This document shows, in pieces, positions 50,495-63,134 of a stretch of 64,000 bases of DNA. Position numbers and translations under genes: made by a program. Position 1 is the first letter of the stretch; each line of letters begins with the position of its first letter. The DNA comes from Octopus sinensis (Eukaryota). The notes beneath the pieces were generated by a model. That model ran no database searches. It had not been told where the DNA came from and was given only the letters and a program-made list of their open reading frames with translations. The stretch covers positions 28,024,001 to 28,088,000 of the forward strand of contig NC_043004.1 of assembly GCF_006345805.1 (NCBI RefSeq), in the 5' to 3' direction.

Positions 50495-52868
50495 AAAAGG
50501 AACGAAGGTGTTGGAGCCGCGAGAGAGGCCCGGGTGGCAGAGGCGCAACAGGGCAACAAAGCCACCATTCGGTCACTGGTAGATGAACAGGGGCGCGAAT
50601 TGCTCGAGCCAAGTAAAATGTGTGAGGCCTTTCAGCAGCATTTTGCCCGACTGTTCGGGACGAGTGGAGGGCAAGAACGTAGGGTGGACTTCAGTGCCTA
50701 CCTACATAGCCTGCCACGACTCTCGACAAGAAAGGCAGGGTGCTGCGAAGGTGCCATCACGGCGGCGGAAGTGCAGGAAGCGATAGCAGAATGCTCGAGG
50801 GACAAATCACCGGGTTTGGATGGTCTACCCTACGAGTTTTACAATTGTATGCCAGACTTGTTTGGAGACGTCTTGGCAGCGGTATTCTGCAACTGGCAGC
50901 AAAACGGGAGCATACCCGGTTTTGTGAGTCGAGGAGCTGTAACTCTGCTGAAGAAAGATCAAAACAAGGGAAACATTATAGATAACTTTAGACCAATCAC
51001 GCTGCTCAATGCAGACCTGAAAATTTTGACAAGGTGTTAGCCAAGGGTTGGTGCTTGTCATCGAGAAACTGGTCCACAACGCACAAACGTGCGCCGTGCC
51101 GGGCCGGAGCATCCATGACAACCTCCATCTGATGCGCTACATCATAGACAGGGTAGTTAACGAACCTGGCATGGGTGGGGCCCTGATCAACTTGGATCAT
51201 TCGAAAGCCTTGATAGGGTAGACCATCGATACTTGGAGGCGGTCCTGAGAGCGGCTGGTTCCGGTCCCGTCTTCCGCGGCTGGATAGCTGCCTTGTACAG
51301 AGGCATCCGTTCGGTAATTCGCGTAATGGACATCTATCGAGACCTTTCGACATTGCACGTTCGGTCCGTCAGGGATGCCCCCTCTCGGCGCTTCTATACG
51401 TACTGACTCTTGAGCCACTACTGCGGAAGCTGGCGACTCTAAGGGCATCCCGCGAGAATTGGGATGCGGGACGAGCGTGTCTGCATACGCGGACGACGTC
51501 ACCGTCATAGTGTCAAGCCACGAGCACATCGAGCGGGTCGGCGAGACACTGAAAGACTACGAAGCGGTGACAGGAGCGAAAATCAACCGGAAAAGTCAGT
51601 GGGCTTGCGGCTCGGCACCTGGAGAAGCAAGCCCATGCCGTCCACCAGTACCTCCGTCGTGGGACGCTGGACAGACGGCCCAGTTGAGTTGCTCGGGGTC
51701 TGGTTCGGTCCGGACCTCCAAATGGAGAAGAACTGGAACGAGATAAAGAGTAGGGTGGTCACTCTCGCCCAGCAATGGGCCGAGAGGAAACTGTCCCTAA
51801 AAGGTCGGGCGGAGGTGGTGAACGCGTACATCGCGTCCATCATCTACTACCGCCTGACCGTCGTACCTTGTCCCGACCCTACCATCACCAAACTAAACGC
51901 ATCCTCTTCCGCTTCTTGTGGAAAGGATGCGTCCCGATGGTCAGGCGATCCATTGCTGTCAACAACCCGTTAAAAGGAGGGCTGGGCATGCCGTGGTTGA
52001 TGATGTGCAGACACGCGCTGAGACTGCGACATCTCCGGCTCTATGTAGACGACGGTGAACAGGTGTGGTCGCCGTTTGTGAGGCACGCTTTCCCGCAACT
52101 CGTATCCATGACCGAACTACAGTCGTGGATCAAAAAAAGGCCGAGGAAGGGCGAATGGCACCGCGAGTGTCGCGTTGCTCTCAAGCAACTCTGCCGTCCC
52201 GGGTCGACCTTGAGTGACTTCAACACAACCAAAGCATTCTATAGGGGATTAGTGGAGGGGAGGTACGACGACGAGCTCGGGGCAAACCTGGGCGTCGACG
52301 AGGAATACCTGACCCGCCTGTTTCAAACGACTTTCGGCCCGGGACCTATGGACAACTTCCAGAGATCCCTGGCCTGGCGGTGCTACCGAGAAGCGCTACC
52401 CGTTCGGGATAAGCTCTACAGGCATGGCTCGAGAAAACACGGGGCCGACCTGCCCGAGATGCGGGCAGAGCGACGAAACCACTCTGCACGCAATCGTGCA
52501 GTGTCCAGCATTTCCGACCTGTGGGCTTATGTCGAACGACTGCTGTCACGTGTGGGACGTGTCGGTTTATCAGCCGAGTCTATCGTTAATATCGTCACGC
52601 CTCCTTCCTTCAAAGGGAAGGAAGAGCTATTTTTATCATACTTGTGGCTATGGCGAAAGAATGTATCTGGTGGACGCGCCTGAAAGGATTAGAGACAAAC
52701 ACTTTCCTCTCTGGTCAATCTCTCATCAACTTCTTCAAGTACCACTTGAAGAGGAAAGTGAGAGTAGAGAGGCAAGTTTTGTCTAGTGAATGTTTTAAAA
52801 AAAGATGGGTGAATGTAGCAAGGATGGCACGTATGAATGACGAAGCCACCTTGACTATGATTCTATGA
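50495..52868 (+). pseudogene. ORF2 (reverse transcriptase) broken by about ten 1-nt indels
   Basis: Consecutive ORF-track pieces 50471-51040, 51459-51746, 51464-51973, 51775-52683, 52424-52786 and 52644-52868 form one collinear protein. Confidence 0.92.
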
Positions 52869-53232
52869 ACCATAAAAATTAATGCAGAGGGTTGCTTATT
52901 TGCAAAAAAAAAAAAAAAAAAGAAATATAACATGTGACTTCATTGACCGAGGTTACCGTGGTCTTTTCCGTAGGCTTTTCTTTCCACGGGTAAACCTCAC
53001 CTGTCCTCCCTTTACACTTCATATTGACATTTCTGTGATAACGATCCCTATTATTCATTTTTTTTCTCCCCTCCCCTTTTTTTTAACCCCTCCCTTTTTT
53101 TGTCCTTTTTCTTTCCTTTTACGATCCCTTTTGATCGAAAACCACCACTCTCTTTTTTTTACCCCCAAAAGAAAAGCTCTACCTTGTAATTTGTTCTATC
53201 TGTGTGCAGCCCTGTGTGGCTAATAAAGAAAC
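50495..53232 (+). mobile_element. 5'-truncated L1/Tx1-clade LINE (RT, C-terminal zinc finger, 3' UTR)
   Basis: KSPGLDGLPYEFY, FRPITLLNADLKIL, LDHSKA.DRVDH, VRQGCPLS, YADD, CPRCGQSDETTLHAIVQC. Stop at 52868, AATAAA at 53222-27, then (TATC)n. Confidence 0.95.
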
Positions 53233-53309
53233 CTATCTAGCTATCTATCTATCTATCTATCTGTCTGTCTGTCTGTCTGTCTTTCTGTCTGTCTGTCTGT
53301 CTGTCTGTC

Positions 53310-53383
<74 letters not shown>

Positions 53384-53395
53384 CTTCTCTCTCTA
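53233..53395. repeat. (TATC)n/(TGTC)n tail
   Basis: Directly follows the LINE 3' end. Confidence 0.95.
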
Positions 53396-53915
53396 TGAAT
53401 ATGTGTGTGTGTGTGTATCCGCGCTTGTACCCCCACCACAGCCTAATATCCGGTGTTGATTTGGTTTCGTCCCCGAAATTTATCGGGTCTTGTAAAAGAC
53501 ACTAATAGAATAAGTGCTATACATGAAAAAAAAAAGCCAACTAATTAACTCGAACATTACAAATACAATCTATAAGAGAAAAAGTAAAAATATGCAACAC
53601 ATTTTTTCAAGTTGAAAATGTGATATTGTTTTTGTTGTCGACATACCAACGATGGAACTTTGTATCTTTGTTAGAAATCAGCTCCTTTCTCAGAGAAAGA
53701 ATTTAAAATTATCAGGAAGAAGAGAACATTTATATATGTACATAATATACATATATATATATATTATATATATATATATATATAATATATAGATATATAT
53801 AGTATATATAGTATATATATAGTATGATATGTATATAATATATATATACACACACACATATACATATGCATACACATTTTAACGGTCATTATCATAGCAT
53901 TTTTTGCGATGGCCC

Positions 53916-53976
53916 GATAACTGAATAGATGCCGGCGGGGGTCTCCGCCCCGACATCCGAAACTCGGAGTTTAATC
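53916..53976 (+). ncRNA. Hammerhead-like motif with long GC-rich stem II, core CUGAAUA
   Basis: gataa CTGAATA GATG ccGGCGGgggtctCCGCCccga CATC c GAAA ctcggag T T taatc. Confidence 0.45.
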
Positions 53977-54150
53977 ATGGCAACCGAATAATTGCCACAT
54001 ATTATATTTACAGATAAATTCCTCAATTTACGTAATATCGAGGTCTCTTTCATTCTTTTGTTGTCATGCCATTTCTATCAATATACATACATATATACAT
54101 ACATACATTACATACATACATACATACATTACATACATATATATATACAT

Positions 54151-54198
<48 letters not shown>

Positions 54199-54346
54199 AT
54201 ACATACATATGTATATATATATATATTAGATAGATAGATAATATGCGATATATCTTGTGTGTATATATATATACGTACATATATATATATATATATATAA
54301 TATATATAGAGATGTATATATATATATACGCCTATATATTATATAT

Positions 54347-54377
<31 letters not shown>

Positions 54378-55644
54378 ATACACATAAGATATATACGCAT
54401 ATTATGTATCTATCTAATATATATATATATATTATACATATGTATGTATATATGCATATATGTATATACCTAATTCACTTTTCATATGCCTTCTTAGATA
54501 GCTAACTAATGTTACAAGTGTTGTACTGACCAGTATACCTGTTTAAATTCACGTATGCCAAGCTCAGATATACCTAAATAAATTTACAATACATGTATAC
54601 ATACACGCACATGTATGCATAAATATACAGGTATACATATGGATATATGCACATGTATATGCATGAACATGTATACTTTTAGATATATACCGAGTTCATT
54701 TTACACGTGCATGTACTATACATTATTAATTTTACAAGTGAAATGTATATATACCTACTTCATTTTATGTATGCCCTCTATGCATATATATATATATATA
54801 TTTAAGTAACTGTATATATGTCATACATACATATCTATCCAAGGCATTTTATATGCTCTCATATATACATTCATATATAGCTAATTAATTTTGTAAGCAT
54901 TATACCTACCTATATAGCGAATATATTTCCTTTCACTATATACATAGATAATTTATTTTGTATCTACGTACGTACGTATACTTTACATATATAGGTAATT
55001 AAATTTACATGCCATTCACACACACCCACTACACCACACACACACACACATACACACATACAAACGCACACTCACATTTACAGAAAAATAAGGGCCTAAT
55101 TAATTTTACTTGTGCAATACATGTACACTGAAATAATTTTACAGGTAACGTACATGCATATATGCCTAATTAATTTTACGTATACCATATAGGCATATAT
55201 AACACGTGTTACTTTGTGGATATCTGATATTTTAATTTTACAAGTGCACTTCACATGTTTAGCAAATACGCTTTTAAACGTGTCTTACATATGTATATGT
55301 GTGTGTGTGGTCTAATAATATATATATATATATATATATACAAATTGAGATAGGGGTTGTAAATGCAATTTACTTATATATATATTCTCTTTTATATATA
55401 TTCCACTTATTATACAACATTACTCTTTTATGTACACTTTTTTATGTACATTCCTTTATGTACACTTTTTTGTTCTGCTTTTATATTATATTTAACCCTA
55501 CAGTCTCTTATGGAGTGGTTTAATAATGTATGTGATTGAGTATTATCTGTAATTGATATTTGATTTAGATGTATTTCTCCATTTTCTTATCTTGTATATA
55601 TATTATATATATTATATATATGTATATATATTATATATATGCAT

Positions 55645-55738
55645 ATAGGCGCAAGTGTGTTCTACTATAGCCTCGGGCCGACCAAAGCCTTGTGAATGGA
55701 TTTAGTAGACCGAAACTGAAGGGAGCCCTCGTTATTAT

Positions 55739-55789
<51 letters not shown>

Positions 55790-56017
55790 CAAGTGTGTGT
55801 ATATGTTTGTTGTGCTTGTGTTTGTCCTCCCAAAATCGCTTTGCAAGCGATGCTGGTCTGTTTACTTCCCCGTAATTAGCAGTTCGGTAAAAGAGACCGA
55901 TACAATAAGACCAGGCTTACAAAGAATAAGTCCTGAGGTCGATTTACTCGACTGAAGGCGGTGCTCCAGCATATCGCAGTCAAATGACTGAAACAGTAAA
56001 GAATAAAAGAATAAAAG
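55645..56017 (+). mobile_element. CORE-type SINE with the tRNA head deleted
   Basis: aggcgcaagtgt joins the 5' start directly to the CORE segment; the rest matches the family. Confidence 0.85.
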
Positions 56018-56088
56018 ATTACTTTAGTATGTATGTGTATATATATATATATTATATTAATATAATATATATATATATATATATATAC

Positions 56089-56134
<46 letters not shown>

Positions 56135-56142
56135 TATACACC

Positions 56143-56176
<34 letters not shown>

Positions 56177-56218
56177 GAGATGTGTGTGTATATAATACAT
56201 TTATATACATATATATAC

Positions 56219-56249
<31 letters not shown>

Positions 56250-57796
56250 CATACATATATACATACATATATTTATATATATAAATATATATATATGGAT
56301 TCTTAGTTCCTCTTACAGACGCTGTAGATACATATTTCCCAAATTAATACTGTTTGCCTTACACACGCGCTCGTGCACACATAATTGTTTAATTTTACGC
56401 CTGCCATATATATCTAATTAGTTCTATCTCCCTGCATTATTTTGGCAAACTCCAAATAAGGCCGCATAATTTAAAAATAGGTTATTTTGTTTCTGTTTAT
56501 CTTTTTCAATGGATTATAAAGACATTGCAAGTGAGAGGTGACATATGTCAGCGAAACGATGAGGCACAATCAATAGTTCTAAGCACAGAGACAGCTCAAT
56601 GTATACACTTACAATCCAACCACCTATTTATTTGCTTATTTATTTATCTATTTTGATTCAGGGTTGGTGGGTAGCGCGTGTGGTTGGAGTGCATGGTGGC
56701 AGTGAGGCCCTGGAATGTTGTGTCTGTGTGCATGCTTGTAGAATGGAGAAAGAAACTCTTTACTTGTACGACTCGTTCCGGCTATCTTATTCATTACCTT
56801 CTTTCCGGATGCCAGAGACGATAGTAGCGCCACCTCGGCAGTTATAGTGGCAGAATATTCTCAGTAGGAACTCCACAACGAGAGGAGTGGAGTGGTAAAG
56901 ATATCTGAGGTGGAAGACTTGGAAAAAGGCGGAAAGAAAATTATCTTCCTTCAAGACAATGGGTCTCTCAAGAATCTGTGAGTGTGTGTGTGTATGTGAG
57001 TGTGTGTGTGTGTACGTGTTTACGTGTGTCTGTGCGCGTGTGTGTGTCTTTCGAAGATGTGTGTGCGGCTGTGCACTCTAAAACAAACCTAGTCTCACAT
57101 GTACATCGAAACGAATATGATGTGTGTGTGTGTGTGTGTGTATGTGTGGCTATATATGTATATGTGTATTTATATACGTATGTATAAATACAAAGTCTCA
57201 CACACAAGTATTCTTTCTCTAAAATGAGGCCATGCTGGAGCACATTTTTAAACCGATTTTGTCTATCGTACCGATCCAAGTGGATATTTCGTACTGGCAT
57301 TTATTTTATCGATCTTCATTTGTCTCTTTTCTCTTCCTCTCTCTCACTCTCCCTCTCTCTGTATATGCGTTTATATATGTCCAAGTGCCAGTGTATACAT
57401 GCATATGTGCACGCGCGCGCGTGTGTGAGTTATGACGGTGCAATAGTACACTTCACCCATTCTCACAAATATATAGTTGCATGTGCTACGGTCACTGTTC
57501 CCACCACATTTGGAAAGAATATAGGACACGCATTACTAAATAGATTTGCGTATATACATCGCCAATATATCTATCTATACACACACAGATACGTCACACA
57601 TACACACATAAATGTATGTATATACATACCTACAAATATACACATATATGTAGATAGATGTATATATATATTTATACATGTGTATTTATATGTATGCATG
57701 CGAGTGCATGTGTGTGCGTATATGTATATATATATATATATATATATTAATAAATAAAATAAAAATATGCATATATAAAACATATGTACGTACCTA

Positions 57797-57840
<44 letters not shown>

Positions 57841-57871
57841 TATATATATGTATATATATCTATATATCTAC

Positions 57872-58460
<589 letters not shown>

Positions 58461-58959
58461 TACATATATGATTTAAAATAGTTTGATGTGGTTTCATGCT
58501 ACATCAAGTTTCGAAGGTCCCTAACGAGAGCCCGACTCCTTCAGGGTTCTGATCCATTTATGTATGTGTATATATACGCATTTATTTTACAAATAGAAAA
58601 ATTAAATCTCCGTCGATATCATCATTGGGTATTCTGTTGCTCAGTCAGTGTATAAGTAACTGAGTCTTCCATCGACACGTCTACCCTACAGACAGAATTA
58701 GTATCCCTCTGTGTGTAACGTTCGAGTTATTGATTCAATCCAACAGACGTGCTTCCATACAATTTCTGTCTATCCAGATTCACTGACCAGAGATGGGTTG
58801 ATACGAGAAAATGGTGAAAATCACTCGTCTGATATGAAGCAGTGAGACTGAACACAAGAATCGGAGTCTTGGAACCAACTGTTAAATATTCCACCCTGCC
58901 ATGACTATCTTTCTATCTGTCTGTCTGTCTGTCTTTATGTATGTATGTATGTATGTGTG

Positions 58960-59010
<51 letters not shown>

Positions 59011-59119
59011 TTATCTATCTATCTATCTTATCTATCTATCTATCTATGTGTATACATACATACAAACACAGATATACATATATAAGTATATACATAAATA
59101 TATTATTTGTGAACATATA

Positions 59120-59338
59120 CGAGAGGTATGCTGCAAAACCTCCTGATTTTAAGGGTATCGAGGAAAGACTGTTTGGAAGCCCAAACTTCCGCGGTCTTTC
59201 ACAGGGCATAGAAAAACGGAAGGACAGCTGCAATAAGTGTGTGAATATGAAAGGGGAATATGTTTAATAAAATCATAATTAACTGACACTCCAGCATTTT
59301 CTTTTACCGAAAGCCAGGAACTTTTCAGCATCCCCTCT
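59120..59338 (+). mobile_element. Mariner-derived miniature element (219 bp)
   Basis: Imperfect TIRs cgagaggtatgctgcaaaacctcctg / caggaacttttcagcatcccctct with TA flanks; retains transposase C-terminus GIEKRKDSCNKCVNMKGEYV. Confidence 0.8.
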
Positions 59339-60299
59339 TATAGATGTGTATATGCATCTATACACATAAATATTTGTGTAAATATGCATATATAAATTAC
59401 TATATATATATATATAATTTTATTTTATTTTATCTCTTTGAAGTAGTTTCAGCTGATACACACAACACACACACACTCACATATAATACTAATAATCTAG
59501 AGATGTTTGTGTATCCGAAATATCTCAGAAATAGTTTATTTTATCTTTTTTTTGGCATATTTATTTTCATACTTATCTTCGGCAGTGCAGTACAATTTTT
59601 TGTGAATATCTGAACATATATTTATTAATGAAAACGACTAAACACAGTTTTTGTCTGTTATTTCTTAAAAAACAAAACATACACACATACAGAACACACA
59701 CATATAATGAAAACCATGGCGTGTCAGTTAACACAAACACGTGGCAGCTATCTGTGACATATACACACACATAGTCTCCGTACTCTCTAAGAAAAAAATG
59801 TTAATTTTTTGACGTACACAATATTGTAATCATTTAGAAATATTTTTAACTGAATGTGATTTCAAAAATGTAAGTTATTTGTACAGTATTTATATTTTAG
59901 CTTTCTTTAAATAGACAATATTTTAATGTTTTTTAAATTATCTTCAAGAGAATGGCGTCTTTCGCTTGTCATCCGGAGTTCGTTAATTTCTGTAAAACTT
60001 TTTTATTTATTTACATTTGTTTTAAAGTGAAAGAGAGCAGAAAGTGAAAGATGTATGTACGTGTATATGAAATATACGTGTGTGTGTGAAAGAGAGAGAG
60101 AGGAAGAGAGAGAGAGAGAGGAAGAAAGAGAGAGGAATAAAGAGAGAGGGAGAGAGAGAGGGAGTGAAGGGATGTGTATACGTACATACGTACATCAATA
60201 CATATGCGTGCATTATTTTGTATGTACGTGTGCATGTGTGTGTGTCAGAGACAGAGAAGGTAAGTGAACGTGTGTGATTTCATGTATGTGTAAGTGGCA

Positions 60300-60399
60300 N
60301 NNNNNNNNNNNNNNNNNNNNNNNNNNNNNNNNNNNNNNNNNNNNNNNNNNNNNNNNNNNNNNNNNNNNNNNNNNNNNNNNNNNNNNNNNNNNNNNNNNN
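60300..60399. other. Assembly gap (100 N)
   Basis: Run of exactly 100 N. Confidence 0.99.
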
Positions 60400-60703
60400 C
60401 TTACAGAACTTGATTATAATTTTGCACACACACATACACACACTAACAAACCCCACCCCCGCAAACACACACACATGTTTTCTATCTTTTACTTGTTTAA
60501 GTCATTAGACTGCGACCACGCTGGGGTACTGCCTCGAATAATTTTAGGTGAACAATCAACCAAAGTACTCATATTCTATACGTCTCACAGGTGCTCTATA
60601 GGTCTTTTTCCCGTATGGCTATGTTGCGAGGCAGTAAATACTCCCTCACCGGTGGGGACACAAAACCACACAGTACAGATATCTCTCCCTATCTCTGTAT
60701 ATG

Positions 60704-60768
<65 letters not shown>

Positions 60769-61259
60769 GAGATACACACACAGCCACATCTTTATATATA
60801 TTATATCTTATATATATATATATATATATACGGATATATGTATATATAAGTGTATATGTGCATGTCTGTGTGTATATATGTGCATATGTGCACATACATA
60901 TGTATATTTATGTGTGTGCGTGGGTATTTGTCTGCGTATACATGTCTACGCCTATACAGATGCATGCACACATGCAAACAGTTATTTGTGCGTAACGTGC
61001 AGTATAAGGCACATATAATTAAGCACGATGATTTTAATATAAGTCTTCATTAGATATGATTGTGCAAGCATGCAAAAACTGAAGCCAGTGTCTGAACTAA
61101 TATATGCATTTTAATTGGTGGCAGTGTAATACAGAGTTCAAAACCTTCCGCTGCTATGACTAGAGAGAGAAGTAAGGTGGTGTAGGGCGTTTGCTATATG
61201 ATATACCTAATTAGTAAAAAGGGTTTTATTGTGACTCACGTTACATATATATATATATA

Positions 61260-61845
61260 TATGCTATGCATATATTATGTATAATAGATATATATATATA
61301 GAGAGAGATGAGAGATATAGATTAATATATATATATATATATATTTGTATATATATATATGTATATATTCATATATATATATGTCTATATGTATGTATAT
61401 ATATATATGTATGTATATATGCATATATATATGTATGTATATATGCATATATATATATATATGTATATATGTATGCATATAATATATATATATATGCATA
61501 CATACATGTATATATACATATATATATAAACACACATAATGTTTATATATACATCATGTACGTAATTATTTACATATAAACTTGTGTATAATTATATCTA
61601 AATACTTATCTTTGTTTTCTCTCCCTGCACACACACGCGCGAGCGCACACGCAAATGCTTGAGGGCTGTACATACACATAAATATTACGTAGCCATAGGT
61701 GAAGGTCGTGAATAACCATGTTTAGATGAATTGTTATATAGTTTATGCAAATATATGATGTCGATATAAATGTCTATAAATAGGCGTATGCTTAGTGCGT
61801 GTATGTCTGTGTAATATATGTCTGTTTATATAAAAAATATGCATA

Positions 61846-61922
<77 letters not shown>

Positions 61923-61932
61923 TATATATACA

Positions 61933-61970
<38 letters not shown>

Positions 61971-61971
61971 C

Positions 61972-62003
<32 letters not shown>

Positions 62004-62029
62004 ATATATATGTATATATATATATATAT

Positions 62030-62072
<43 letters not shown>

Positions 62073-62087
62073 ATACATGTATATATA
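61260..62087. repeat. TA/TATG-rich low-complexity zone
   Basis: Directly visible. Confidence 0.85.
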
Positions 62088-62461
62088 CAGGAGTGGCTGT
62101 GTGGTAAGTAGCTTGTTTACCAACCACATGGTTCCGGGTTCAGTCCCACTGCGTGGCACCTGGGGCAAGTGTCTTCTACTATAGCCTCGGGCCAACCAAA
62201 GCCTTGTGAGTGGATTTGGTAGACGGAAACTGAAAGAAGCCCGTCGTATATATGTATGTATATATATATTTGTGTGTCTGTGTTTGTCAACCGATACTGG
62301 TGTGTTTATGTCCCCGTTACTTAGCGGTTCGGCAAAAGAGACCGATAGAATAGATACTGGGCTTACAAAAGAATAAGTCCCGGGTTCGAGTTGCTCGATT
62401 AAAGGCGGTGCCCCAGAATGACCGCAGTCAAATGACTGAAACAAGTAAAAGAGTAAAAGAG
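62088..62461 (+). mobile_element. CORE-type octopus SINE, full length
   Basis: A box tggctgtgtgg, B box ggttcagtccc, CORE-like gtggcacctggggcaagtgtcttc, 3' stem-loop cagtcaaatgactg, (taaaagag)n tail. Confidence 0.96.
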
Positions 62462-62469
62462 TATATATT

Positions 62470-62612
62470 TAACGTAGGATAAAATTTTTTCGAAAAAACA
62501 AAATGTAGCGTGCGTATTGTGAAAAATTATATGGTAATGGACAGTATGTCCAATTTTTCGGTATATTTGGCATTAGAAAATTTTTCATTTGCCCTTATTT
62601 ATAAGTTGTATA
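62470..62612. repeat. Diverged relative of the 32375 unit, TA-flanked
   Basis: taggataaaatttttt... and ...ttggcattagaaaatttttcatttgcccttatttataagttg match the start and end of the 32375-32720 unit. Confidence 0.6.
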
Positions 62613-62618
62613 TATATA

Positions 62619-62667
<49 letters not shown>

Positions 62668-62675
62668 ATACGTTT

Positions 62676-62848
62676 GACAATCGGTGTTTGTCTGTTTATC
62701 TCCCAGTAACTTAGTAGTTCGGCAACAGGTATCGATAGAACAAGTAACAGGCAGGAAAAGGAAACTAAACAAGTACTGGGATCGATTCGTTTTACTAAAA
62801 GTCTTCAAGGCGCTGCAGTCAAATGACTGAACAAGTAAAAGAATAAAC
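62676..62848 (+). mobile_element. CORE-type SINE 3' half, degenerate
   Basis: gacaatcggtg...cttagtagttcggcaa...caaggcgctgcagtcaaatgactgaacaagtaaaagaataaa. Confidence 0.75.
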
Positions 62849-63134
62849 GATACGAACGCACACCACTTCCACCCCAACCCGCCCACACGTGACCTACTAG
62901 TTTTGTATATTGGGCTCTCAGTCTTAAGATTTTTGATTGGAAAACTAAAAAGAGTTACGTATTGTGTTAGGACTGAACATAAAGTAAAGCAAAAAAATCG
63001 ACTTTGAACCAAAATATCTGTTATTTTAAAAGAAAATTATAGATTAACATATAGAAAGTTTTTGGTGACAAACTTGTTAAAAAATATTTGCTGCGAAAAA
63101 TGTAGTGTGGCTTTAACTGATAGAAAAAAAAATT

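Noticed and set aside
58505-58550. Minus-strand ctgaagga gtc...gac cttc gaaa
   Set aside because: Register inconsistent with a hammerhead; no cleavage site.
62424-62450. SINE 3' end cagtcaaatgactgaaacaagta as a hammerhead half
   Set aside because: It has a stem, GAAA and GUA but no CUGANGA-like core upstream; better explained as a LINE-derived 3' stem-loop.
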